Shown here in pieces: positions 43,691 to 55,954 of a stretch of 64,000 nucleotides of DNA. Under the pieces are notes generated by a model that had not been told where the DNA came from, did not search any database, and saw only the letters and a list, made by a program, of their open reading frames with translations. The first letter of the stretch is position 1, and every line of letters starts with the position of its first letter. This DNA comes from Eledone cirrhosa (taxonomy: Eukaryota): contig OZ024740.1 of the NCBI GenBank assembly GCA_964016885.1, forward strand, positions 187,426,001 to 187,490,000. Reading direction: 5' to 3'. Both the position numbers and the translations under genes were made by a program.

Positions 43691-44141
43691 AGACCGTACA
43701 ATCACACAAATCAAATTTATTTTTCAAGAAACAAAAAAAAAGAAATAATAATAGTTATAAATGCCATTAATATTATTCATTATAAGCTCAAATATAAGGT
43801 AGATGCTCTACACTGCCTTATAATTATACGGCTGAGTAGAGCAGCTGGCTCACCATTTTTATTTTCGGTTTCAAATTACAATATATAATATCATTGAAAT
43901 AACAATCTTACCAGTTAGTTCATAGAATTATCTCTCATCAAAAAGATTGAAGCAAGGTAGGATACCTTGTTATGTTGAAGATTAGTAAAGTAACCTCTCC
44001 TGACAGCAGCACTGAGTGACTGACAAATTATCTTATAGAGATAAAACAAAAAAGTTATATGTGAATACAGAATGGTTAAATGACTTAGAAGTTTGCTTTG
44101 TAATTATATGGTTGCACAGCATGGCATTTTGGCCAACAATT

Positions 44142-44582
44142 GGAGGTGCATGGCCTAGCAGTAAGGGTGTTGGACTTATGATCATAATTGTTTCTACTTT
44201 AGGCACAAGGCCAGCAATTACCCAGTGCATTACTGGTACTTTATTTTATCGACCCTGTAAGGATGAAAGGCAAAGTCAACCTCGGCGGGATTTGAACTCA
44301 GATCATAAAGGGACGTAACTATACTGGAAAGCATGGCGTCCGACCCTCTACCGATACTGCCAATCCACGTGTTCGATTCCTTGACTGAATTGTGTGCTGT
44401 GTTCTTGAGCAAAACACTTCATATCACACTACCCAAGTATACTAAGCTGAAAATGAGTACCAGCAGTAGCTGGGGTGTTAAACCTACGATCCTGTCCAGT
44501 GGGGAGTCATATATTATCAGTCGCTTAACACCATGTAAACCAGGATAAGTACTGGCCTGATGAGCCTCCAGGCTCAAGACAG
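44142..44582 (+). mobile_element. SINE B interrupted by an antisense SINE A (44185-44368)
   Basis: SINE B head ggaggtgcatggcctagcagtaagg...atgatcataat breaks off and resumes at gtgttcgattcc after a complete minus-strand SINE A. Confidence 0.9.
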
Positions 44583-44886
44583 GTGAGCCAACACTAGAAT
44601 TGTGAGGAGAACTAGGTAGATGGAAAATATGTGGAAGCCCATTGGATGGATTATAATTGTAACTCAAAGGTCCAATCTTGTCAAACACTGATTTTAAAAG
44701 ACACATAAAAGACACATGCATCAATGGAATACTCAGTCAAATTCCATCTAATTCATTTTGTAATCTAATATTCATCATCAAAACCAATAGATACCTTTTT
44801 CATAACTGAAATAGCAGAAACATTAAGGTAGATAATATTTGAGAAAGGGAAAGGGTAGACACTCTGCAGTTTAAACAATAAATTTG

Positions 44887-45225
44887 TTCATCCAGCAAGC
44901 AAAGGATTCATGGCTCAAGCACTGTCAGTGGATCTGTTGCTCTACTCAGTCTGAAACTGGTGCTTATAATGTCTAAAACCATTTATATTAAAATCTTAGC
45001 ATTGAATTGGTTAAAAAAAGCAAAAAAAGAAATTCCTGTGGCAACATCATTGGTCACCCAGCAAGCAAATATATACATGGCTGAAGCACTGTCAGTTGAC
45101 TCGTTGCTTTATTTAATCTGAAACTGGTGCTTATAATGTATAATACCATTTATATTAAAATTTTAGCACTGAATTGGTTAAAAAAAATAGAAAAAATAAA
45201 AGTCTATTGCAACATTATTGTGTCA
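44887..45225. repeat. Tandem duplication, two units of about 167 bp
   Basis: ccagcaagcaaa...catggct.aagcactgtcagt...tctgaaactggtgcttataatgt...ccatttatattaaaat.ttagca.tgaattggttaaaaaaa occurs twice. Confidence 0.9.
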
Positions 45226-45643
45226 AAGCAGCTTTGTACCAAACCCTGTTGAAATAAATGTCAAATGTTTCTCATCTTTTTATTAAAAAAGATAGCTATG
45301 GTAGAACTATCAGGAATATCATCTAGATCAAATGGAAAGATAAATGGAACATGTAGAATTCATCTGAATTATAGCAATCAATTTGTTTATACTTGACTCA
45401 TTGCCTTTTTTCAACCAACTAGATTAATGATTTAGTTCAATGGTTATATATATACTATCTCAGTTTATGATATTTGCAGTAGTGTCGCTACTATATTAGT
45501 GAAATATTTCACTTAACTGCTTCTTCCAGACAATATTGTTGGTTTTTTCACCCACATTTCATGTCATCATAGTATGAAATAAATAGCTATATATTTCATT
45601 ACACTCATTAGTTTAAAACATTAAATGTATATATATTTATATA

Positions 45644-45738
<95 letters not shown>

Positions 45739-46310
45739 TTGTCTAACCCATGCTAGTGTGGAAGATAGACGTTAAACGATGATGATGATGATGATGATAT
45801 ATACACGTATATATTTATGTGTATATACACATATATATATTTATGTGTATGTGTATATATATATATATATATATGATATGTAACATTTATATTGATCTGT
45901 TTTGTGCTACTAATGTCATTCTTAAACATATCAGGAAATCCATATGTAGATATTTGGTTCCATATGGTTAGCTGTTGTGCAATTTACCTTCTATAGAGAC
46001 TAATGGCCCCTGAATTGCTTCAGCTGAAGCTTATTCAAATGCCATATCTTTGCAAAGCTGCCTCTCAAAGAGAAGTTTATGAAGAAGCAAATTATTGGAA
46101 AATACATGGATTATGGAAGTGTGATGAAGTATTGATTCCGTATATGAGAGGCCATAAACTAACAATCCTCCAGGTTGATTTAGCTTAAAACCAAATATTC
46201 CAGGCCTAGAAACAGACAAAATAGATTATTATTATTTGTAGTTGTAGTAGCCACAGTAATATTAGCAGCAGCAGCTGTTTTCATCGATGTCATCATCATA
46301 GTAGTAGTAA

Positions 46311-46525
46311 GGGAAGATTGGCAGTATCGGTAGAGTATTGAACAACATGCTCTGCAACATATTGTTACAAACCTTAATGTTCGGAGTTCAAATCATGCTG
46401 AGGTTATCTTTGCCTTTCATCCTTACATGGTCAATAAAATAAAGCACCCATAATGCACTGGAGTCGATTTAATCAACTTCCTCTCCCGAAAAATTGTTGG
46501 CCTTGTGCCTAAAGTAGAAACCATT
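46311..46525 (+). mobile_element. SINE A, long-tail subfamily
   Basis: Carries gagtcgatttaatcaacttcctctccc, which the young copies lack; ends agaaacc(att)n. Confidence 0.85.
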
Positions 46526-46543
46526 ATTATTATTATTATTATT

Positions 46544-47413
46544 GGGAAGAGCGACGATGTACTTGGGGAAACTCTAGGCATCGACAAAAATCAACTAGCC
46601 AATCTCTTTGGATGAACTTTTGGGCCGGGGCCTATGGACAACTTCCAGAAATCCCTGGCCTGGCAGTGCTACCGAGGAGCTTTGCCAGTTCGGGATAAAC
46701 TCTACAGACATGGAGGTGCCGTCAGCCGGGCATATTCGAGATGCACGCAAGGCGACGTAACCATCCTGCATGCACTCGTCCAGTGTCCGAGCATTGCTGA
46801 CTTGTGGGTTTATGTCGAACACCTGTTGTCGCGTGTAGAATGGATCCGACTATCAGCTGAGTCCATCGTGAGGATTGCCCCACCCTCTTCCTTTAGCTGG
46901 GAAGGGAAGGCAATTTTTATCTGTCTGGTGGCCATGGCGAAAGAGATAGTATGGTGGACGTGTCTAAAAGGGCTGAAGACGAGCACTTACCTCTTCGGTG
47001 ATGCCCTGATTAACTTTTTCCAATTTCATTTGAAAAGAAAAATCAGGGTAGAGAGGGAAGTGCTCTCTTCCCAGCTTTTTGTTGAAAGATGGGTGAGAGA
47101 GGCAAAAATGGCCCGAGTGAATGGACCTACTCTGAGTATATGCCTGTAAATTGAAGGTGGAAAACTGAGAGAGGGCACTTGCTCTGGTGGTCGGGGTCAC
47201 CGTGGCTTTTTTTAATGGGCTTTCTCCACGATGGCATTCGGAGTCTCCCCCCTATTGGGGAATTTTTCATTGTTCATTTATTACATCCTCTGTTTTTTGT
47301 TTTTTTTTCACGCTGAAATGCCTATTTGTACCATCCTGTATTGTCCTGTACTGTCCTTAATGTCTACTTTGTGTAAACCCTTGTGGTTAATAAAGAAACC
47401 ATTATTATTATTA
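46544..47413 (+). mobile_element. L1/Tx1-clade LINE, 5'-truncated 3' end (ORF2 C-terminal zf-RVT-like region + 3' UTR)
   Basis: ORF 46634-47149 KSLAWQCYRGALPVRDKL...RCTQGDVTILHALVQCPSIADLW matches the W...H..LP....C..C....ET..H....C......W pattern (first Cys lost); GC/CpG-rich relative to flanks; ends aataaagaaacc(att)n; (ATT)n on both sides. Confidence 0.9.
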
Positions 47414-47584
47414 TAGCAAGCCACATTTGAGACTAGAATAGTTCTTATATTTTATTCAGAAGAAATGATATTAATCGTGAAATATCAGCCCTGTTTCTTA
47501 TGATTTAATTATTCTCCATCCAAACCTACATTGCTGTAGCTTTCAACTCCAAATTTCCTTATTATTATTATTATTATTATTATT

Positions 47585-47785
47585 GGCGGTGGATTGACAA
47601 TATCGGTAGAGGGACGGATGCCATGCTTTGACACATAGAGTTATGGCCCCTGCCATTCTGAATTCAAATCCCGCCGATGTTAACTTTACCTTTCATCCTT
47701 ATGGCATCGATAAAATAAAGAACCAGTAATGCACTGGGTAATTGCTAGCCTTGTGCCAAAAGTAGAAACAATTATTATTATTATT
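47585..47785 (+). mobile_element. SINE A, short-tail subfamily within (ATT)n
   Basis: Full head to tail; (att)n on both sides. Confidence 0.9.
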
Positions 47786-48464
47786 AGAAGTAATTGTAGA
47801 AGTAATAGCAGCAACAGCAGCAGTTTTCATCAATGTCATAGTATAGTAGTAGTAGAAGCAGTAGTAGTAGTAGTAGTTTGTCAGTCAGTTGCTTATAAGA
47901 TTAATTTTATAAATTTGTCTGGAAGTTAATCAACTGATACTATTCTTCTGAGATATCTGTAGGCAATTAATATGTTTATAGTAATATTGAAGTAGATGTT
48001 AATAAGGTACACTAACACACTTTATAATTTTGCTTTTCACTGATTGGTAACAAACAGCATTTCATAGAAATCAGGACCATATGGCATACATAACACTTTT
48101 AAGTATAGCATTAATGTTAAATATGTATCTGTTTATCTATCTGTCTATCTCTCTCTCTCACTCTCTCTCTCGCCCCTCTCTCTCTCTAAATATATAAATA
48201 CATATATTTGTGTGTGCTGGGGCAGCATGTGTGTCTGTGGGCATGTGTGTATATACATTAATTCTAGGGTTTTTAAATAATATCAATATTTACTGATGGA
48301 AGAAATCAGGTAGTAGAGTCAAATTTATATATACACACAAACAAACACACACACATATATATAAATAGATAGATAGATAGATCTGGATTATACTAGATTA
48401 CTTGATACTTGGTATAGTAGAGTGTCAGGGCCTGACTACCGAACTCGTGCCATTTCAACAGTAA

Positions 48465-48640
48465 ATTCCAGAATTCTGGCATTTGCTGTTGAAATGATAA
48501 GAGAAATTCAAGAAACTTGCAGTCGCATAGTGTTTGTTGACAGTTGCACATACTCTCCAACATCAGAAGTTGAGTGTGCACTTTGCCATCACTCATTTTC
48601 AGTCTTGAGTAAATCCTTAAACATCCAGAATGGTGGTTTC
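48465..48640 (+). mobile_element. Probable decayed hAT transposase C-terminal dimerisation domain
   Basis: Across a frameshift: IPEFWHLLLK**EKFKKLAVA*CLLTVAH / SPTSEVECA...SFSVLSK resembles FW......FP.LA..A..LL..P.SS...ER.FS. Confidence 0.45.
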
Positions 48641-49079
48641 TTCCAGTGATTATGAAACTGCCAACTACTTGAAAGGTCAACTAATATCATATATGAAAAT
48701 ATATATACACAAATTTGCACAAACACAAGAAAAGATCTAACGTAAGACGATGATATTAAAGATTGTACAGTTTATAAATCCACTATCAAAAACTACAGAG
48801 GAAGCAGCTATATAAAATCTAGAAAGTTAAGCCTCTCAGAAATGATGATATAACAGAATCAAAACACATGAAATATGACACATTCATCTAACCAATATAT
48901 TACTATTAGCTGCCTTTTATTCTCATAAGGCGGGGTGGGGTGGGGGGGGTGATAAAGTATGTACCAGTTATAGACTGAGATAAGTTTTGAATTCAAGTCA
49001 CCAATTATTTTACCATTAATTATCTCCATAATTCATATTCAAGCATAAATGATTATCGTTCTTATTGACAGAGTGGTAG

Positions 49080-49362
49080 AGTGGTAGATTGGCAGTATCA
49101 GTAGTGCATCAGACAAATTGCTTTGTGGTATATAGTTATGCTACTTTACATTCTGCATTCAAATCCATCAAGGTTAGCTTTGCATTTCATCCTTATGGGT
49201 TTGATAAAATAAAGCACCAGTACCACACTGAGGTCGATAAAATAAAGCACCGGTAATGCCCTGAGGTCAATAAAATGAAGCACCAGTAATGCACTGAGGT
49301 CAATTTGATTAACTTTTCCCTCCCTCACAATTGTGGCCACATGCCTATATCAAAAACCATTA
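49080..49362 (+). mobile_element. SINE A with internal 33-bp triplication
   Basis: gataaaataaagcaccagta...ctgaggtc units start at 49203, 49236 and 49269. Confidence 0.85.
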
Positions 49363-49747
49363 TTATTTTTAGTGGATTCACAGAAACATGGGAATGTGGG
49401 AAAAATTGCTTTGTTGTATTTGTTCTAGCCCTTTACATTCTGAGTAAAATCATGATGAAGTCAACTTTACCTTTTATTCTTCCAAGGTTCAGTAATGTAA
49501 AATACCAGTCAACTGTTGGTTTCAATTAACCTCTCAAACTAAATATGTGACATTGTTCCTATACAAGACATTATTGTTATTATTACTTAAAAATCATTAT
49601 TATTACTATGGATCTAATTTCAATCTAATTCAATCCAAGGTCTTCTCACTCAAGTTGGAGGAACTTCTCCCTGGTTTACCTCCAATGCTTTGTATTTCTT
49701 TTTTGTCATATTAGAGGTACATCAGTACTCACCACGCTTAGCCAATT

Positions 49748-49930
49748 GCAGGTTGGTGATGCTATTTCACCCATAGTTGGGAGGGATGGCTGTTAACTCT
49801 GAGGAGTCCATCTGCTCTTTTTACAGATTTTAGTTTTTGTGCTGCTGGGGTTCCACTTACCCTCCTCATTAGACCATGGACTCGTGTGGCAGTCAGTTTA
49901 TTCACTGACCATGAAGTAGGTTGTACTAAC
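49748..49930. repeat. Unclassified dispersed repeat, copy 2
   Basis: Homologous to 32885-33060. Confidence 0.75.
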
Positions 49931-51336
49931 TATATCACCAAAATCTGAGGCATTTGATCTGTTTGTGTTAGGTTTCTGAAAAGTATGTCATCTATTAATT
50001 AATTCCCATCATGTCTTATTGAATCTTGTAACATAAATTCATAAATACTTTCTGCTAGAATATCCAGAAGATATTACAAGTGTCACCATTCTCAGCCAAT
50101 TATATATTCAAACATATATGGTATTTATTTCAAATAAATCTTATAGGAAAGCGGTCAGATGTATGGAAGTTAATCTCAATTAAGTCACTGCAGAATGGTC
50201 TAAAACATCATTCTTATGCTTGAGAAATCACAAGATGTTCATATAATACTGGTCAGGATTTTATTGGTATCCACTGATTTAGCTATTTCAATCAAATTGT
50301 TCTAAATTTAATTTCTATCAATCCTAACTAATTATTATCAGCCCAGATATTGTCATTAACGTTGGCAATAGATTAGCAGAATTGTTAGAGCATCATTCAA
50401 AATGTTTTGCAGTATTTAGTTACAACCTTTAAGTGCTGAGATTTCAAATCCAGCTGAGGTCAACTCTATCATTCATCCTTCCAGTCTTTTTTAAAGAAAT
50501 AACATACCAGTTAACTACTGGGGTCGATTTCATAGACTGTACACTCTCAGCTAAATTATCTATCAATATTTAGTCATAACATTTTTATATTCTGAATTTA
50601 AATAATTGTTTCTACATTTGGCACAAGGTTTAAATAATGAGGTCAACTTTGGATTTCATCCTTCTGGTTTTGATAAAATAAAATACTAGTCAATCACTTA
50701 GGTGAATTTAATCAACAATATCCCTCTGCAAAATTTGTGTCCATGTACCATTGTTTCAAATCATTATGAAAAGTAATTTCTGTTGGGAGAAGAAAGGAGA
50801 TAGGGAGGAAAGGAGGGAGGGTTATAGTCAATTGAATAAACTCTAATTGCTTTATTGGTATTTATTCACCCAACCCAAAATAAAAAAAAAGGAATAAAAA
50901 ACATACCCTCAGAATGTAAAGGGTGCTTTAAAAATTAATTGGGTGACACTACCAGCCCAAGTGTTGACATTTTCTATCCTATCACTTGTGCTCAACTGTA
51001 CTTTCCTACACAAATGTCAATTTACTTATGTGTGTTCAGAGAAAATGTGATTATTTAGCCTCAGTTTAACTCTGAATATGTAGATCTATAAAAAATGCTC
51101 CAGCCTTAACTAAGCTGTTGTCTTGGACATTGTGTCGAGATCAGATTATCTGAGTATACAATCAATATAAGGAAATCTGGCTGCTATTTCTAGCAGAGTG
51201 AACGATTATGTATCAGCTCCCTTGTTGGGTCTTCCACCTTGTTGTAAATAGCTAATGTGTATAAATGCTTCTTTGCACAGTGAGGGGTAAGATTACTTCA
51301 AATTCTGAATTCAAGATCTTCTATTCTAGCCTTCTG

Positions 51337-51577
51337 GTTAAAACTTTTGACATCAAATCACACGAAACCATTCTTGGTTCTGCAATACAATACCATTTGT
51401 TGTAAGAGTTTATATTTATCTAAATGCCCTCCATCGTCATTTTATGTAAGAACACCTGCCTAATAATGAGAATGTTAGTTATATTACTAAATCAACGAAA
51501 TTCATTATCATTTTCAAAGTTATTTTAAAATCATAGTCAATATTTTTCATTTGAAATATGGTAATGAATGGGTTAAA
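51337..51577 (-). mobile_element. TTAA-bounded non-autonomous DNA transposon, second copy
   Basis: ttaaaacttttg...gaatgggttaa termini; internal similarity to the reverse complement of 27151-27400. Confidence 0.45.
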
Positions 51578-54093
51578 TTCACCAATTGTCTCAGATCTTC
51601 CTTGAAATTGGGTTTACATTCTCCTGATTCAGGCCAACTGTGAAGGTTGGTGTGTAACAGTACATCTCATTGTGAACACATATCTGATTCAGGCATCTAC
51701 TACTATGTTGATAGTTAACTCGATTATATAGAACTTTCAATGACAACATAAAAGCTTATTGAAAAAAAAAGTTTGCTGAAAAACGGATATTGAAAAGCAA
51801 TAATGAATATAATGATAATTATATATTATTAGTCTTATTTTCTTGAATGTTACATCTAAGATGAAGTAGACAAATTCTTTAAGATATTGTCTGAAGTCCA
51901 GTATTAGTATTCTGCTGTCCCACTGAAGAGCAGGAAAGAGTGAAACATCAGATTTAATCAAATCAGGACCTTGAAATTTCTAGACAACACTCACTAAATA
52001 AAAGTAAATAAATATTGATTTATGGAAGTGAAATTTCTCACAAATGACATCAATAAATACTTGAATGTGTACGTGTATGTATCTGCATAAGTGTGTGCAT
52101 CATCTATCAATTTTGCTTCTAGCTAAGACACATTGATTTCATTAGTTCTATCCCCAAGGACATCTTTTCAGCAGGAAAATGAATTTGATTCTGTCTTCTC
52201 ATTATTACTTGTGTTCTACTGTGATTTAATATCAGTATAAATAGTTATGGTTGTCTTCCTTGATTGTTTGTGCTTGAAAATGACTGAACAAAACTACTCT
52301 TAATTGGGAAACAGTATATAAGTTATAATTTACCTTTATATGCTTAGATAATCTATCTACAGCTGTTATAGAATATTTGTAAAGTTTCTTGCTGGAATAT
52401 AATCTTGTATGTTAAAAATATTTTTTCTTTCTTTTTTTCACTCTTGATAATTTTTTGTTCGTAAGGAAAATATATATTAAATTATATTACATTAGAGCTG
52501 TAATTTTTTTTTGTATTATATTTTAGCATAAATATTTCACAGAACAGTTCATCTTATTAAAAATGTCCATTCTTTTGTTGTCTAAAAACAGTGGCTTTAA
52601 ATCTCCCCTATAGTAATTGTTATGAAGAAAACATTTTGCTGTGTGCTTTACTTTATTGTTGTGATCTCTGTTAGAAAAATAATCCATCTCATTAGTATAA
52701 ACCTTAACAGATTTCTTCAGATTTAATGAAGAAAATACATGATAGGCAGAGAATTACATCTCATATCGTATACTCCTCAAATGTCCTTGACACATTTTTC
52801 ATCCTCCTTTTACAATAAAATATTTCCTTGTGAAATTTAGTTATTTGTTAAATGCATACTGTTGTTTGGCATGTTTTTGCTCTGTAAAATGAAGCAAGAT
52901 TAGGCAATGACAGATTAGATACTTCATGGTTAAGGGCATAATGGGATTTGATTCTATTGTTATTTCAAATCCATCTTATTAACACATAACTAAACAAAAA
53001 ATATATAGAATTTCCTTAAGAAATAATGAATAATGTTTATATTTTTTCCTTTCTCTAATTGGAATTTTGCTTGCACTGTAACATTAATACATTAAAAAGA
53101 AATTCAAAGCAACATTAAATGATAGCATTGTGGCATCAACAGTACTCCACACATGACACTCATGTTTCTTTGAAACAAATTTGGTAATTATTATTTTCAC
53201 CCCAGTTATTATTGGTATGAAGGAAAATAAAGGAGAAAAGATGACAGAAATGCACTAATTTGTTTAAAATGATTAATTTCACTAAAATTAATGCTTTAAA
53301 GTAATGCTTGCTGTCAAAAATATGTTTTGAAGGTCAACGTAATTAATGTTAATTTCCCATTCAGTACTTATTTGCTTAAAGTAACAAATAGTAGTGGTGA
53401 TGGTGGTGGTTGAAATGGACATAGGTATGCATTGAGTTTATTGAAATTGTTTCATTTTATGAGGACCATGAATTATGGGAACCAACTCACATGAGATGCA
53501 ATAGAAGAAGACCTGTTTGAACCTTCATCGATCAACTCTCAGATGATACAAATTTGATAATTCTTAAGATTCAACAATGGTGCAATACATATATATTGTA
53601 ATCCTAGATAATCTTCAACAGTCGTGACTGATGTGCTTTTAACCTTAGGTCAGCTTACTCAGAGTTGAACTAGAAAAAAAATATGATCAAATAATTTTCT
53701 TTCAACAATTTTCGAAACAAAGTTAGTTAAAACTTGAAACTGTGACTTATGATTTTAAACTATGGCTTTGAAAAAATCACTAATTTAACAACATAGGGTA
53801 TTTAGAGATAAATAGAGTTCGACTTCATTCATTTACTGAGTATGGTGGGACTTGTTACAGACACACACGTATATATATATATATAGAGAGAGAGAGAAGT
53901 GGTTACACAACAGTTAGTTCACCATACCAAGAACAATTGTTTCACCTTAGCAGATTCTCAGCTCGTAATGGACATGGTTAAACCCATCTTGGTATGGTGA
54001 ACTAACTGTTGTGTAACCCCATCTACCTAACTTGTCCCATGGACTGAGTGCTCTACCACTACGGATATTACCTTACCACTATATATATATATA

Positions 54094-54655
54094 CGTTTGG
54101 AGTTGGAAGGCCAAAACAATGCAGGTATGGATATAGAATATAAATATAAATGCAAAAGATATTGTCTTTACCTTAAATTTATTTGAATATCCTTAATTTT
54201 CGAGATAATATCTCTTCTTCAGAGGGAAGTAAAGGGTTAATCCAGTGTTCTAATTAGCTTACCAAGTCATGCTGACAGGAAATGGTATAGAGATTCCATT
54301 CTATTTCTAATGGCAAAGAGTGAAGTTTAGGTGGATAAAGAGTTGTCTCCCTTTAAAAGGGGTTTTGAACATGTATGTTTAAGTGTGTGGGAGAATACGT
54401 GAAGGTGTAAATATGCGTGTGTGTATGTGTGTGTGTGAGAGAGAATAAGTGGAGGTGTAAGTTTGTGTGTGTGTGTGTGTGTGCGTATGTGTGTGTGTGT
54501 GAGAGAGGGGGTATGTGGAGGTGTAAGTGTGGGGCTAGGTGCTCTATCATGTTAAAAATTGGGTGTTGAGTTCTAGTCTGTTATTGATTGGTGGTTGTGT
54601 TTTATCTATAATGTAAGGAGGAGTATGTCATCTTCATATCGGGTGAAGAAGGAAT
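54094..54655 (-). mobile_element. Putative Penelope-like element 3' end with degenerate hammerhead
   Basis: Minus strand YIIDKTQPPINNRLELNTQFLT* resembles the I....P..N terminus of PLE GIY-YIG ORFs; then a (CA)n UTR, CTGAAGA-a-gagat-att-atctc-GAAA-at-TA (54188-54228), aataaa and (TA)n. Confidence 0.5.
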
Positions 54656-54661
54656 GGTCTA

Positions 54662-54789
54662 TATATTATAAAGAGTCAGGACCCAATGGCTAAGCTCTTG
54701 CTGTTCCACAGCTAGTTGCAGATTCACTCTGGAACTAGCTGTTGAAATGGCAAGAGCTTAGCCATCAGGTACTGACTCTTTATAATATA
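54662..54789. mobile_element. Hairpin/MITE-like element, about 128 bp, almost fully self-complementary
   Basis: tatattataaagagtcag...atggctaagctcttgc...acagctagtt / aactagctgt...gcaagagcttagccat...ctgactctttataatata. Confidence 0.7.
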
Positions 54790-54864
54790 ACCATACTCTA
54801 CTAACCCAAGTATCGAGTACTCTGTTGAGTAATGGTCTACCAGTATCAAACATAAACCATCCTG

Positions 54865-54901
<37 letters not shown>

Positions 54902-55954
54902 CATACATATATATTCTCTAAAAGGAAATTCATCAGCCTTAACTCTAACCTTCATATCTTCCTTCTGCAAATAAAACAAACAATAACAAGATTTTTATTT
55001 TCTTTCATTTTTATAGACTGTGTTGTTTTTTTTCTTTCTACAAGAGAGAGTTGTTGAGAATGAAGATAGAAAATATCAATAATGTTTAATAATGGAATGC
55101 AAGGCAAAATTGATATTATTGGGAATTGAATTCAGTAAAACTGAGATAGTGAACAAGGTATTATTATGAAGGAGTTAATGTCTTGATATACAGAATGCAC
55201 TAAATCAACTGTTGCTAGCGAGCTAAACAAATACTAAAACAGAAAAAGAAAACTGTAATAGAAATGAAATTAAACAACCTTTTTTCATTTTTGGATTGCA
55301 ATGTTTAGCTGTATGGGTGTGTGTATATAAAATACATATATTTGAATACTAATTTACCTGTTCCACCTGAAAGGCTGAGCCCATGCTGGGACACTGTATT
55401 AAACTTTGTATTGATCTAAACATTGCTTTGAGATTTGAAAATAAGAATGCCACAAATGGAACTCAGACCTACCTCTCACTTGCTAGGCAACTGCATTTAT
55501 ATGCTTGCCTTCCAAGAGCAGCTTTCAACAGTTCTGCATAAGCTTTCCTCTTCTGCAACCTCCATTCACTTGGACTTGTTGGCATTCTTCACCTATCAAT
55601 CATCATACCAGTGCAATCCTTTCTCTTACACATCACTGCTTTGGCTAACTTACAGGGTCACCAGATTCTGACATGTCCCAGACTCACTTGTCGGAATCTT
55701 TTTGATCCTGATGATGTAGGAGAGAGGTTGTGGTGGAAAGGATCTGTTCAACCCAAACAACCATGGAGAGTTTACGTAAAGTGATGATGATGGTTATTAT
55801 TATTATTATTGTTGTTGTTGTTATTATTATTATTTTTATCATTATCATAAATATATACAAATATATATGTGTGTGTGTATATATATGTATGTTTATGACA
55901 AAAGTCGGTGGATTATCTGACCAACCAACTTTCCATAATTATATGATATATATA

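Noticed and set aside
46634-47149. 171-aa ORF as a host gene
   Set aside because: It is the C-terminus of an L1/Tx1 ORF2, with an upstream in-frame stop and 5' truncation.
51850-51980. Minus-strand open frame KFQGPDLIKSDVSLFPALQWD... as an exon
   Set aside because: Weak acceptor and donor, no recognisable domain, no partner exons.
54600-54655. RYEDDIL as a Penelope RT catalytic motif
   Set aside because: Too close to the apparent ORF end, in a different frame from it, and lacking other RT motifs; probably coincidental.
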